Positions 25,652 to 37,769 of a stretch of 64,000 nt of DNA are shown here, piece by piece. Position 1 is the stretch's first letter. Every line of letters starts with the position of its first letter. The notes below the pieces were generated by a model that was not told where the DNA came from, did not search any database, and saw only the letters and a list, made by a program, of their open reading frames with translations. A program made the translations under genes and the position numbers. The DNA lies in assembly GCA_003693705.1 (NCBI GenBank), contig RBZT01000435.1, forward strand, positions 265,816 through 329,815. Reading direction: 5' to 3'. Origin of the DNA: Polymyxa betae A26-41. Lineage: Eukaryota; Protista; Endomyxa: Phytomyxea.

Positions 25652-28600
25652 ATGGTACTCCGCCAAGCCATCAACCACAGTATTGTTCCAATCCGCTCGC
25701 TGCGCTCAGCTGCTTCCCGAATACTCCAACCGTCTCGCAAAAGCGTCATTATGGAGCAGCGTCGTGAGCAGCCCGTTTGGTTGGAGCCGGTGCGGTCGCT
25801 GTCGGCCACTCCGCTGCAGGTCTTCAATAGTCTTACCTTGACCAAGACATCGTTTGTTCCCGTAAAGTCAAAACATGGTAATTGGAAGTTTACTGTTTCG
25901 TATTGATGCTCGCTTATAGCCGCAATAAAAGGTTTCATTGTTGTTCTGGATAGAATCATTTTGTTATTCCTTTTTCTATTATTGGCTTATGATATACTCA
26001 GTCGGCTGGTATGCATGTGGTCCAACCGTCTACGATTCCGCTCACCTTGGACACGCTCGAGCCTATGTGACGTTCGATATTATTCGACGAATTTTGCAAG
26101 ATTACTTTGGCTATGACATCACGTTTGTGATGAATATCACTGATGTCGATGATAAGATCATCCTTCGTGCCCGTCGTAATCATCTATTCAAACAGTATGC
26201 AGAAGACCCTGCGACTACACCTGAACGCATTTCTGCCGATTTCCAGAATTCTATCGAGAAAGCTCAGGCATCGCAAATGAAGAAAATCGAGCAGCTTCAA
26301 TCTCTTGTTGCGAACGCTGAATCTCAGCGAAGGTCTATTTGCCAAGGTCTCGGGATATTCAATTGTTGCTAATCAATGCTATGATTTTAGGAAGGAGGAA
26401 CTCTCAGCCAAAGTCGATGAAGAAAGGCTGAAGCTTGCTAAAATTCAAGAAATATCCGCAAACTTTGCAAAGGCTTCCGGAAAGGATGCCATGCTGGAAG
26501 CTGGCAAAGAATTCCTGTCAGCATGGCTGGACGACCAGTTGGGCGCTTCTGTCACCGACCATTCTATCTTCCGTCAGCATGCAGCATATTATGAAGCCGA
26601 ATTTCTGGCAGACATGGCACAGCTAAACGTTCGAGAGCCTGATGTGCTTACTCGTGTCAGTGAATATGTCCCCCAGATAGAATCGTTCGTTGCTGGATTG
26701 ATTCAAAAAGGTTTTGTAAATCTTGTATGGCTTTCGCAGCGGTTAATTGTTGTTCAGGGTTCGCCTATGAGACGAACGGCTCGGTGTATTTCGATGTTGA
26801 CAAATTCGACTCCACTCCCGGCTGTCATTATGCTAAACTATGCCCTTGGTCGGTCGGCAATGAGACATTGCAGGACGAGGGAGAAGGTGCTTTGAAAGGC
26901 GCCGACCGCAAACGCAATCGCAACGATTTTGCGTTGTGGAAGAAATCGAAATCCGGTGAGCCGGCCTGGGAATCGCGCTGGGGCCTGGGTCGTCCCGGAT
27001 GGCATATCGAGTGCTCGGTGATGGCGTCTGATATATTGGGATCTCAGTTCGATATTCATTCTGGTGGTGAAGATCTCAAGTTCCCCCATGTCAGTCCAGG
27101 GTTGCGGCCTCCGTTTGTCATTTCTCATCCCTTTGTTTATCTTTCCCCATTATTGGTTGACTATTGATTGCTTTGCCTCTTTGATTTGTTGCTACTCACA
27201 GAAGCTTTTGCGTTTGTTATTCAGAAAAGCGTTCTTGGACACTGTTTTATGCCTGAAATCATGCTGTGGCTTTGCATTTCTGTTTTGTGCTCCCAACGTA
27301 TTGCTGACGGATATTGCAGCATGATAATGAGATCGCTCAATCCGAGGCCTTCTTCGGTTGTCAGCAATGGGTGAACTATTTCTTGCATGCTGGCCATCTG
27401 TCAATTGATGGGCTGAAAATGTCGAAGTCGCTAAAGAACTTCATTACAATCCGGGAGGCCTTACAAGAATACACGCCGCGACAGATTCGATTGTTGTTCT
27501 TGCTACAAGGCTGGGATAAGTCTATGAACTGTATGTTCTCGTACTGTTTCAAATTCCGCATCGAAATCGTTCTGATGCTCTATATAGTCAATAACCAGAG
27601 TCTGGATGAAGCAGTCTCTAAAGAGAAGCGACTCAACGAATTCTTTAAATCCGCAGATGTTCACATCCGACGTGGCTTTGCTGGAAATCAGGTAACTCTT
27701 TTATCGACAATCTTTTGAAACACATAACAATGATTCCTGGGTTTTTGTTCTCTTTTCTTCCTTGTTTAAGGCATCCTTGACTGAAGTTTTGCACTTGTTT
27801 AGGTTTGGAAGAAATCTGATCGCGAGATTCACGAGAAGCTTTTGGCAATCCAGTCCACTGTACATGATAGCCTGTTGGATAATTTCGATTACCCAGCAGC
27901 TATGGGCGCCATCTTCGAATTATTGGGCGACAGTAACAAATACCTAGCTTCTAACCCTGAGCCGATGCCACTGCTGCTCAAGAAAATCGCCACTTATTTC
28001 ACTCGAATGCTGAAGATATTTGGTGTTATTGCCGACAACGATCTCGGATTCAGCTCGGAATCTAGTCGCGGAGGCCAAAATGCCATGCTTTCGTCGATCC
28101 TGGACGCTGTATGTCGCATCCCGAAATTTCTTCTCCAAACTCAACCTGTCATAGCTTACCAACTTCCGCAGCGAGATCCGTCAATCAGCCCGTAATGGCG
28201 AGTCTGCAAAATCGATTTTGGATGCCTGCGATCGATTACGGGATGATATTCTACCCGATTTAGGCGTGCGGCTTGAAGATAAAACTGCCAATTCAATCTG
28301 GAAGTTAGACGATCCGGAGACGATGCGTCGCGAAAGGGAAGAAGCTGAAGCACAGGCCAGGATTCGTCAGCTCAAGAAGCTTGAGACCAAGTTGAATTTA
28401 AAACAGACCGAACTGCAACGCCTTCGGAAAAACCTCGGCGATCCAACGTTATTGTTCAAAACAGACCCACCTTCCTATTTAGAATTTGACACCGATGGCC
28501 TTCCTACAATCAACTTGGACGGATCCCCCGTCTCCGAAAAGAATCGTGCTAAATTATTGAAGTCCTTGGCCAAGTTTAAAGAGGCTCATGAAAAGGCTCG

Positions 28601-28679
28601 TGCTGACCCTGACAAAGAGCAAGCGCTAAAAGCCGAATGTGACTCCCTTACACTCCAGATAGCGAACTTGTCCATATAA
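25652..28679 (+). CDS. CARS: Cysteinyl-tRNA synthetase (eukaryotic cytosolic type; in-frame ATGs at 25652 and 25751)
   Basis: [18 protein letters not shown] (HIGH-type), [52 protein letters not shown]. Confidence 0.98.
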
Positions 28680-29083
28680 ACATACTGTAGAATCTAGTGT
28701 TACAACTATTTTAACGCTATCCCATATGTATTGGCAGCCTAAATGTTTTCAGAACATTTCTTATGTATAAATCTGGCTACCCGAAGCTGCGGTAGATCTC
28801 GAGCAATGAGCCTTGATGCCGGGTTCATTGTACGGCCACCTTCATAGTTCGATTTCGTGTAAGACATTTCAGATTATAGGCGCGATGGTCGACTTTTGTC
28901 AACTTCTGAGAACAAGCTTGCCTCGTTTGAGCCAGATTGGCGATTATTGCCAAAGTCTGCTCCTTCATTATCCAGGTGCCGATGTCTTCAAACATGTTTT
29001 TATGACTGTTGTTTCTCCCATTAATAATTTTTTTTTATCAAAAACCATGCCAGGATTCTTAGATGTATTGGACAAGAGGGGAT

Positions 29084-30142
29084 TCATTGGTGCTCGTGGG
29101 CGCACAGGCAGGCACCCATTAAGAGCATACCGCTCAAGAGCGCCCAAGTGACAACACGGTCGTTGGGGTCATATCTTCTGGCCAGCGGCAACAGCTCCCG
29201 AGTCGACACAAACACCATCATGCCAGCCACCATACCATGCGTCACGCCAAACGCGAAATCCGACATGAACGCGATCAGGACAACATAACCTAGAACAGCA
29301 CCCAGGAACTGGACGATTCCGCTCATCGATGACCATATGAACGCCCTCCATCTGCTTCCGGTAGCGAAATACAGCGGCATTGCCACACATAATCTGAGAA
29401 TATTCTGTCAGGAATCGAGAGGGGCCGGTCGCGAACCAACCCTTCCAGTATGTTATGCAAACCCATCGCCACACTAATCGACAGGCCGACTTTTACATTG
29501 CTCAACGTAGCCATGAACGTCGTGAGCCCTTCCGGGCTGTGAGAATGTTAGGACAAAAAAGCAGCTCGTTTGCTCAGATTACATGTTGTGAAGGGCTACA
29601 GCCAGAGCAGCGACCAGTGACGCGCGCCTCAAATCGCGGTCGTGTTTTGCGGAAGCGTTCGCCTTCTCGACGTCGCTATCCGATTTTTCGGCCGAATCGA
29701 TATGATCGGGATGGTCCCCATGGTCATGACCCAAACGATGGAGGATAAAGTCCAAAAGGGCAACGAACACCATTCCAGCAAAGAGAAACAACGTAGCAAG
29801 TTGAAAGCCACGTCTTTCGAAAACGTCTTGATCGTCTTTAGGCAGCGAATCCCAATCCTGGCCCTTCGGTACGAACGATCTCGCAAATTTTTCATTGGAT
29901 TCCTTCAAAATCTCCACGAACGACACGAAGAGCATGACGCCAGCTGATAGACCCAGCGATCCGGCCAGGATGAGCTTATCCTGAAGGCGGACGAAGAACG
30001 CCGCCATGCTGCCCAAGGTCGTGGCCAGCGAAGCCCCGAACGTGAATAGAAACCCTAGAGGTCATTCAGCTACGAGCTTGGGGCGGTGTCAGCACCAACC
30101 GAGCCAGACATTGGACATTGATTCAGTGATATTGGTTGGCAT
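29084..30142 (-). CDS. ZIP family zinc/iron transporter (ZupT-like)
   Basis: LGLSAGVMLFVSFVEI, His-rich loop HDHGDHPDH, ALHN.PEG, GLHNILEG, GMVAGMMVFVSTRELLP. Confidence 0.93.
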
Positions 30143-31152
30143 CTTTCGCTGGCCTACACACGAGCTTGGTCGTGTAGTGGTTCGGGGTCGGGCTCATGGG
30201 GACACCCCATCACTCGAGTCGGGTCGGAGATCGCGCACTAAATTTCCGTTCGTGACCCCCCGTGCTCGGCCAATGCTGGACCGCCAGAGGCGTCTCGTCA
30301 CCGTCGCCGGCGCTGCTCACTTTGGTTTAGTAAATACCCAGGGTTGGCGTCGGCAGACTGTTACGATCATCATCCCGCTTCGAGATCGTTTTTTGGCATT
30401 GTAGTCGAGCAGCTGCATTGCTGCAACCTTGCAGCTCGTCCTTTGAGCTGAAGCTTAAAATCATTATGAAGATGTTCTTTCAAATTTACGTTGTCGCTTT
30501 CATGGGCCAAAATCCTCTTTTAAAGTGATCTTGCTTAACTCTTTGTCTAGATTTCCTTTCTTATTTATATTTCTTATCGGCATTCTGCTAACTTTTCGTT
30601 GTACATTGCTAATGTATCTATTCGCATTTTTTTAGCCTGGTTAAATTGGTCTCATTCTGTCAGCAAGCACTCACGCCAGCGTCATTGCTCATACAAGTCT
30701 TGTTAGCCCGAAAATTAATGCTTATCATCTACAGGAAACAACTGGTTTCGGGACCAACGTTAGAAGCTTTCCGAATTACGCAGCCAAGTCTTAATAAACA
30801 TAAGAAGAGAACATTTATCTCATATTGCAAAAAACATGCTCATATTTATGATCTTTCACGTTCTGCTTTACAAACCCCTCTTATTAGAAAGTTCAGCATA
30901 AAATGAATATACTGTAGTACCATTTGGAGCTTCGCTATCTCTATCGAGGCTTCAAGCTGACATTTTCTGATATCAAAACGGGTTATAGCGAGGCGATAGC
31001 CACGTCATACCGAGATTGATATCGGCGTCTTCTATGACGAGCTGCTGCTGATAGGTCGGCGTCCATCCCATTCCCATCGTTAGTCAGACCTGAGCCGACC
31101 GATGCCGATCTCGTCGCAAACGGCCCGGTCGGTGACCGGGATCGCGGCTTCC

Positions 31153-32029
31153 ATGAAGATCGACGAGCACCAGCGCAAGGCTCTGGAAAACACCCGATAT
31201 TCATATGTTGGTCCTGTTGTTAACACAGGTCGAACCGCTAAACAGGTCGTTAAAAAAGTCGATCGTCGTAAGGCTGCATTGCTGATTTTTTAACTGGTTA
31301 AGACTCGTACATTTTGTAGCCATTCTGTTATTTGGTTTGTTACAAGAAGCATTCTGATGTTTTGAAACAGCGCTGCGATATGGAGAGATATTCAGGCGAA
31401 TGTCGTCGAAAGAGTTACATGACCTCATGCTTGATAACTTGGACCCGAATGAATCCATATTTCAGCTGGAAGAGGGCGTCCAGGGAGGCGATCAGAAATC
31501 TGAAGGCGCCTGCCAGCTGGGGCGCCCATCTGGCAGTCACGTCGTCTGCGTCGAGAAGTCGTCCAACGTCGAGGGATTGTGTGACCATTTCCTCCTGCTG
31601 GATCTTCGCTCTGTGGAGGCTTTCAATCGGGCGCACATCTCGAAGGCTCGTTCGTACCCGTCCTTGCAGATTCGCAGGGATAAGATGACGGTCGAACTCA
31701 CGAGATTCAAACAAGCGGAGAAGAAGCCGGTTATCGTCTATTCGGACAATGAAAAGGAGGCGACCGAGATCGGGACGTTGCTCATACAGAAACACTTCCC
31801 GAACATTTACGTGCTGTCGAGCAGCTTCGAGAAGTACGCCTTCCGGTTTCCAGAGGACATTGTCGGCGACGTGCCGAAGCCACCGAAGAAAACTGAGAAG
31901 AAGCGTTTGCCGCTTAACGTTTACGTACCGAAGCGTGTAGTCGATAACGACGTGACCAGTCAAGGCTCGGTTCGAGGTACAACCGTAGCGTCGTCAGTGG
32001 TCTCGTCAGCTCCATGGAGGCCTGCATGA
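31153..32029 (+). CDS. CEP41: Centrosomal protein 41 (rhodanese-like domain)
   Basis: NTRYSYVGPVVNTG N-terminal motif; FLLLDLRSVEAFNRAHISKARSYP...VIVYSDNE...FPNIYVLS rhodanese fold without a catalytic Cys. Confidence 0.82.
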
Positions 32030-32319
32030 TATCTTTCCTCCAGTAATACATTTATCTCATATCAACTTATGCAACATCTAAAATAGCGCTGACAAAACCT
32101 GATCACGTAATCCTTCATTCGCGTTTTTAGGAAGCTTGCGCCATGCGATTTCTATTACCGAGACGAAGAAAGAATTCAATATTCATTCATCTGAGTCTCA
32201 AGATGACGATTCTCCTGGCAATAAATTTGAAAGAAATGCTCCCAGCATGCATTGATATCACTCGAAATCTCAAAAGTGGACATGAGAGAGAGGCGATAAC
32301 AGAGCAAGATGTTTTTAAT

Positions 32320-33708
32320 TCAGTCGGAGCTAATCTGGCCAAAATCTGACGTAATCTTTACATCTTTGAATGTTCCGTCTTCGTTTAGCATCTCGGGTCT
32401 AGCAGCAATACCGAGATGAACAATTCGATCGCCTTGGACATTTGCCGGATTCGTTGATTTCCCTACAACGACTCCATCTTCGGGTGCCACATATTTCTTA
32501 ATCACAAACCCGAAGATATCTACAACCGATGCCAGAAATTGATGTTTTGAAACAAAATCCGCGCATCGTGGAACGACATCCAGAACGCCACCGACATCGG
32601 TCTGCATCCAGTACGAATGGCTGCAGACGACGGTCGGCGGCCTGGTTTCGTCAAATTCCCGAAACTCAGGCACTTCAATCAATCCAAGATCGTCCAGGAC
32701 TCTCGCTATTCCAGAATACGTTAATCCGATCAAGGTTCTGTTAAAGCTGGTGGAGTCGCCGATCTCGATTGTGATACAATCGATGCCTCGCGCAGCGCAG
32801 CAGGCTCGCAACGTGCCGCTTCCGCCATCCCCACCCGTCCCAACCTACAATAACAAATCAACAAATGGTAGCATTAAATCCTATCTGCTGACATTATGGA
32901 CGATGATTTGGGGCTGGATCAGCCGAGCTAATCGTGCTACAGACGGAATTCGCATGTCTGCTCGAACGTACTATAGTAATAGGTGATGAAAGCGCCTCAA
33001 GCGCTCGCAACGAAACAGCTTACGAATGAGTTATGGCGCCCGAACGAGGCCGTGTGAAGATCGATCAAAACATCGCAATTAGCCACGACCTTTTCGAATA
33101 GGTTCTTGCAGTACTGCTGGCTGCGAGTGGGATTGCCGATACCTTTCTCTTTTTTGAATGCATTTCCGAAGCATCGGTTCAGATCCGCTCCATCCTATAC
33201 AGAATCGCCATCTGTTTCAATCCATGGCAATTCCACGATGACGAACCTGATAGAACCGCGTAGCATTTTCGAATCCGAACTGATTACAGCACGGGATAGC
33301 CAGCACGGAACCGCTCAGATTGCAGACGTGCGGCGCCAGATCATGAAAGATCTTCTGAATTGTCGGAATGCCGGCGACTTCATTGCCATGAATAGCGGCG
33401 GTTAGTCCGACAACCTTTCCTGGTTTCGTTCCTTTGGCAAGCATCACCGGGACCGTGATCGGCGATCCGAAAGCATCCATGACGATCGTCACCCACATGA
33501 CACTGATCTCGCCGGCAGGCCAATCACCGATATCCACCAACGAGACCTGAGGAACGGTTTTATTCGGCTTCGCCGAAAAATAGTAGATGATCTCGCGAAT
33601 ACTCTGGCGCCGGGCCATGACAGGTTCGCGGTCAGCTAATGGCGACCCCATCGGATGGACGGTCTCGTTATCATCGGACTCGGGATTTTGAAGATGCTTC
33701 TCGCCCAT
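32320..33708 (-). CDS. Succinylglutamate desuccinylase/aspartoacylase-like zinc hydrolase (M14 ASTE/ASPA family)
   Basis: TAAIHGNE, DLNRCF, LIDLHTAS, ITIEIGD and a C-terminal barrel-sandwich hybrid (APEDGVVVGKSTNP); several short introns. Confidence 0.9.
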
Positions 33709-35147
33709 CTTGGGCGAATGCAGCACCAACCGGTTTACGGCCCTTCCGCTTCGTCCGAGACGACGATCGGCAGATCGAAGGAGCTGTCAAGCTGAGATAT
33801 GAAACCGATTAAACAAATGGGCGACTGCCTATACCAGTAGCACTGTATGTTACCTTTCATTACAGTCAGTTTCTGGAAGGTCTAATAGAGTTAGTAACGT
33901 AATCGGCCCCATCACCCCAACGACTGGGGTGAACGATGACTCAGCCGGCCTTTTGACCAATCTTGTATCTGTATGGTCTAGAATGCTTCTAGGTTGGTAG
34001 GGCTTCGAGCAGACCGGGCAAGAGATGATTTCGGGCGAGGATCTCATGAACCTGTCCACCATCACGACTCTTTGAAAATCGCTTGTTGATAGCGCCGATG
34101 ATTTCATGGTCAGGATGGCTTACTAAGGCCAACATCTTGTACGAAGCAGAGCGATGGTTGATTTATGCCTTCGAAACATCATGAAATTAACCGTCTTATT
34201 GCTTGATTTTGTTTGTTTTTTTCTCATAGGAATCTTTCATGTAATTTGCAATTAGACGTAAGTAACTTCTTATTGGGATTTGAGCATTTATTTCCTGTAC
34301 TGCAACGTCTAATACGCTGTCAAACAACGCCAAGCTGATCAGGATCAATCCATGTTCCAATTCTAAACTGACGATTCTGTATTGGGCGAAAACGTGTATG
34401 TCAAGTGTCATAGCAATGCAAGACTGTGAAAACATGTAGTGGACAGCAGCATCTGAGTTTGCAGTCAGTTGGTTCGGTTTTTCTCAAGCAATTGAAATGA
34501 ACGATGAGTAGAGTGATACACCACGCGACCATTTTCGCTTCATATTGAATCAATATGAAAAGATCGCCTGGGAGCAAAAACATCGTTGTGGTTTGCAGTA
34601 TAGATTGAGGAAGATTTTACACGACTGACGGAGACGCAGAGCGAGGCTTTCTTGCTTCAGCAACGCCGTTTCGGGTTGCATTCGAAAGCGCGTCGGGAAA
34701 TCTAGCGAGTTATTGGTTGGTTAGGAGCAAGTTCAATCATCAAGATGGCACTAATTACAATCCCGATGATCAACTTGAAGCGTGTAAAAATTCTCCATGT
34801 GCACTAATCGACGCTGCTCAACTTCTTGAAAAGATATGAACAAACCAAAAGTGATTGTAATGGAACAGTTAATGCTGAAGGCCCAGGTTCCATTCTATCA
34901 AAGCGATGCCTGAGTACTACCGCCGTTTGTTGACAACCATCAACAACTAGTATAATCGAATCCAGGGTCATGGAATCTGTGATTCTTACAGAATCTTAAG
35001 CATTATTAAATTCTTGTATTAATAAATACGATCGCATTTCGTTATTAGCAGGCGATGCAGGGCGTCGGTTGATCTCTCTCGCCATGGCGAATCTGTGCAG
35101 ACGCAGTTCAGCTGCCATGGCATTGATTATATCAAACGCTTTGTAGA

Positions 35148-36081
35148 TCAGTGATCCTGCTCGAAAATTCCAGGGCAATGCTCTTTAAGTTCTTGAGCAT
35201 CGGCGTATTTGGCACCACAGAACAGGCAGAAGAAATAACGATGCCTTAAATACGTCAGAACTTCGTCAAGTTTGTCTTCAACAGCAATCGCTTTCTGTTC
35301 GACGGTCGTCTGCTTCTGTGCATGACGCGTTCGCGTCTCTTCAAGATCCTTGCAATATTCCAGTTCGAAACCGAAACTATCATAAACCGGGTCGAAGGTT
35401 CCCTTCAACACCGACGAGGTCGGATCGTGACAATCGAACCACATGAAATTCAGAACAACGCCATTCTTCTCATCCAGGTCACGACAAGCTCGCTGGGCTT
35501 GTTGCAAGCGTTGCTGGGTCTGTCTCAAAGCGAATTTGTTACTCATAGCATGACGGAATCGGTCACCCATCGCTTGCCTAGCTCTCATCTCCAAGCGTAG
35601 CTTCCGCTCCAGCGCTTCATCTTGAGCACGTTTCAGGCCCAAACCGCCCCTCGATCCTTTTACTCAAATTCAGAAAAAAATCAAACTATGCAATTAGCAT
35701 TATACCAATAGAAGAAACATCGATGCCGACTGGTTCATGGGTGGTTCGAGCAGAATCTTTGCCGATTCCCATCCCCGGACGAAATCCCATTCGCATCCTA
35801 CACAGATTTGGAATGTCATTTTCCTGACACCAACGTTGATGAGATCGAGTAAAAAAATCAAAAGTTGAAATAGCAAACGAAATCAGCAATGATTACAAAC
35901 AGACATTTAAAGCAATGACATACAGGAGCTGATGGCCTTTGTTGGATTCCGGAATCGGGCAGGACAATCCAGCTTGAAGTCGGTCGGCGGCTGAAAGGTT
36001 AGCAGCCGTCTGCCGTTCCTTGGAGCGCATCGGCTGTTCCTCGAATTGCATCGACATGTAGTCATCATGATCGGATGGCAT
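35148..36081 (-). CDS. GPATCH11: G-patch domain protein 11 (G-patch + DUF4187)
   Basis: DDYMSM, IPESNKGHQLL..MGFRPGMGIG, AQRACRDLD, YLRHRYFFCLFCGAKY...CPG...DH. Confidence 0.9.
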
Positions 36082-36535
36082 GATTGACGATGCCAGATTG
36101 CCAGTTCAAATTTTTTTTCAAAACAAGAAAAATTAAAAACTGCGCCACAGCGCAGAACATAATTTAAGGTCACTTTGAAAGGTCACTTTGCAATTAATTA
36201 AGGTGTTTTGAAAGTACTGTATCTTCAAGCAAGCGATCAATCCGGTTTACAAAATGTAAGAATGCAGGATGGGCCTGAAAGGTAGCCAGTTTCGTTTAAT
36301 CTGGACTTCTGCCCTTAGAGGAAGCTTCTCTAGGGTTGTCATTTGTAATCGTTTCAGTAGTCGTCATATCGCAGTCGCTTTCAGTTTGCAAAACAAGTAC
36401 AATTTTCATGTTCTCAGATTCTTGCAAGCACACGCTGCATTATTGTGGATGAAGTTCATCTTGTATTCCACAATTATCGGTAACAAACATTTAAAAAATC
36501 AAAAAAATATCTCTGTACTGAATGAAGCCGAATTC

Positions 36536-36564
36536 GATTGGATGGATTGGATTGGATTGGATTG
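36536..36564. repeat. (GATTG)n microsatellite
   Basis: gattggatggattggattggattggattg. Confidence 0.9.
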
Positions 36565-37009
36565 CACTATTTGTTCGCACCTTTCGGTGGAGTGGGCGGC
36601 ACAATAACCCTAGTGCGGGGCCTGAACCGAGGTCCAGGTTCTCCTACTTAATATTTTCGGAGATATTTCAGCCCATAAGCCAAATTCGATGATGAGAACA
36701 AAAGCCTCTGTAAAAATTCATTATTTCAAATGTACAGTAAAAAATCAATTGCGCCCTATCTCTAGGGATGCGCCTTGAGTCTAATCTAAGTTAGCCAACC
36801 TTTAGTACATTTGGTCAGCATCCGATATAAAGAGCTGTTTATCGATTCTACAATACCCATCATCAACATTCTGAATAATATATTAATCTACATAATTACG
36901 CGGTTCGAACGAGCCATCGTACGCTTTCTGAATATTCCTACATATTGCATATTACTTGAAAACATCACAATAACAACAGAAGATTCCTTCCAAAACTGAA
37001 ACGGCGCCA

Positions 37010-37076
37010 CGAAGGGAGGAGCTAGATAGTGTACACAGTCTCCGACGAAGGGAGGAGCTGATAGTGTACACAGTCT
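37010..37076. repeat. About 31-bp direct repeat with a polypurine core
   Basis: cgaagggaggagct(a)gatagtgtacacagtct present twice. Confidence 0.9.
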
Positions 37077-37769
37077 AGGATAACTGGATAAGACTCACGG
37101 AATCCCGTGAATCTTCTCATTCTTCAAAATGGATATCAACCAATTCCACAAGAATCTGTTCACTTAACCCGCGCGATTCATGTGAATGCGGTAATTGCCG
37201 CAGTGCTATCGATGACATGCTGGATTAGTGTGCAAAGTCAAACTCTATTAACCCAGCAAGAAGCTAAACTCACATCAGTATACACCCGAATACAGTCGCC
37301 GTCATAACTACTAACATTGTATCTACAGGCGAAATTGTTGAACAGCTACGAGATCTTTAGGCGGGGGCGCCTGCGCCATCCAAGCGGCGCCGGATATTGG
37401 TCTCGGAAGATGAGGCGGATGGTCGCTCATCATCCGAACACCCCGAGGCCTCCGCTCAGACAGGTAACTGTTCCACCATTGTTCGCTAACCCTAACCAGA
37501 ATCATATGTGTTACAGAAGATCCCTTCGTCGATCTGGAGGCCTCGGAGGGAGAGCCGACAAGTGACGACAGCACCGAGCCCGACACCTCCAGTTCGGGCT
37601 CGGGTAAGCCTTGTTCTGCCTAGTCAATGTGACTAGCAGATATTTCGAGATTGTTCACTTGTAACCATAATACATACTCACTGTGTTTTTCTCTTTTTCC
37701 TCTTACGTTTACCTCCTCGAGAATAGCCAGTGAATATCGTGTCGGCCGCTGATTGTGCAGACCGATAGC

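Noticed and set aside
25320-25675. Small minus-strand gene or structured snRNA/SRP-like RNA upstream of CARS
   Set aside because: A few hairpins and short ORFs are present, but no U1/U2/SRP/RNase P signature or recognisable protein; left unannotated.
33800-34990. Probable multi-exon gene between the M14 hydrolase and GPATCH11
   Set aside because: Splice-like signals are present, but I could not assemble a consistent frame or strand.
36560-36650. HDV-like ribozyme (hairpin followed by CGAA on the minus strand)
   Set aside because: No room for P1, P1.1 and P3 in the required order.
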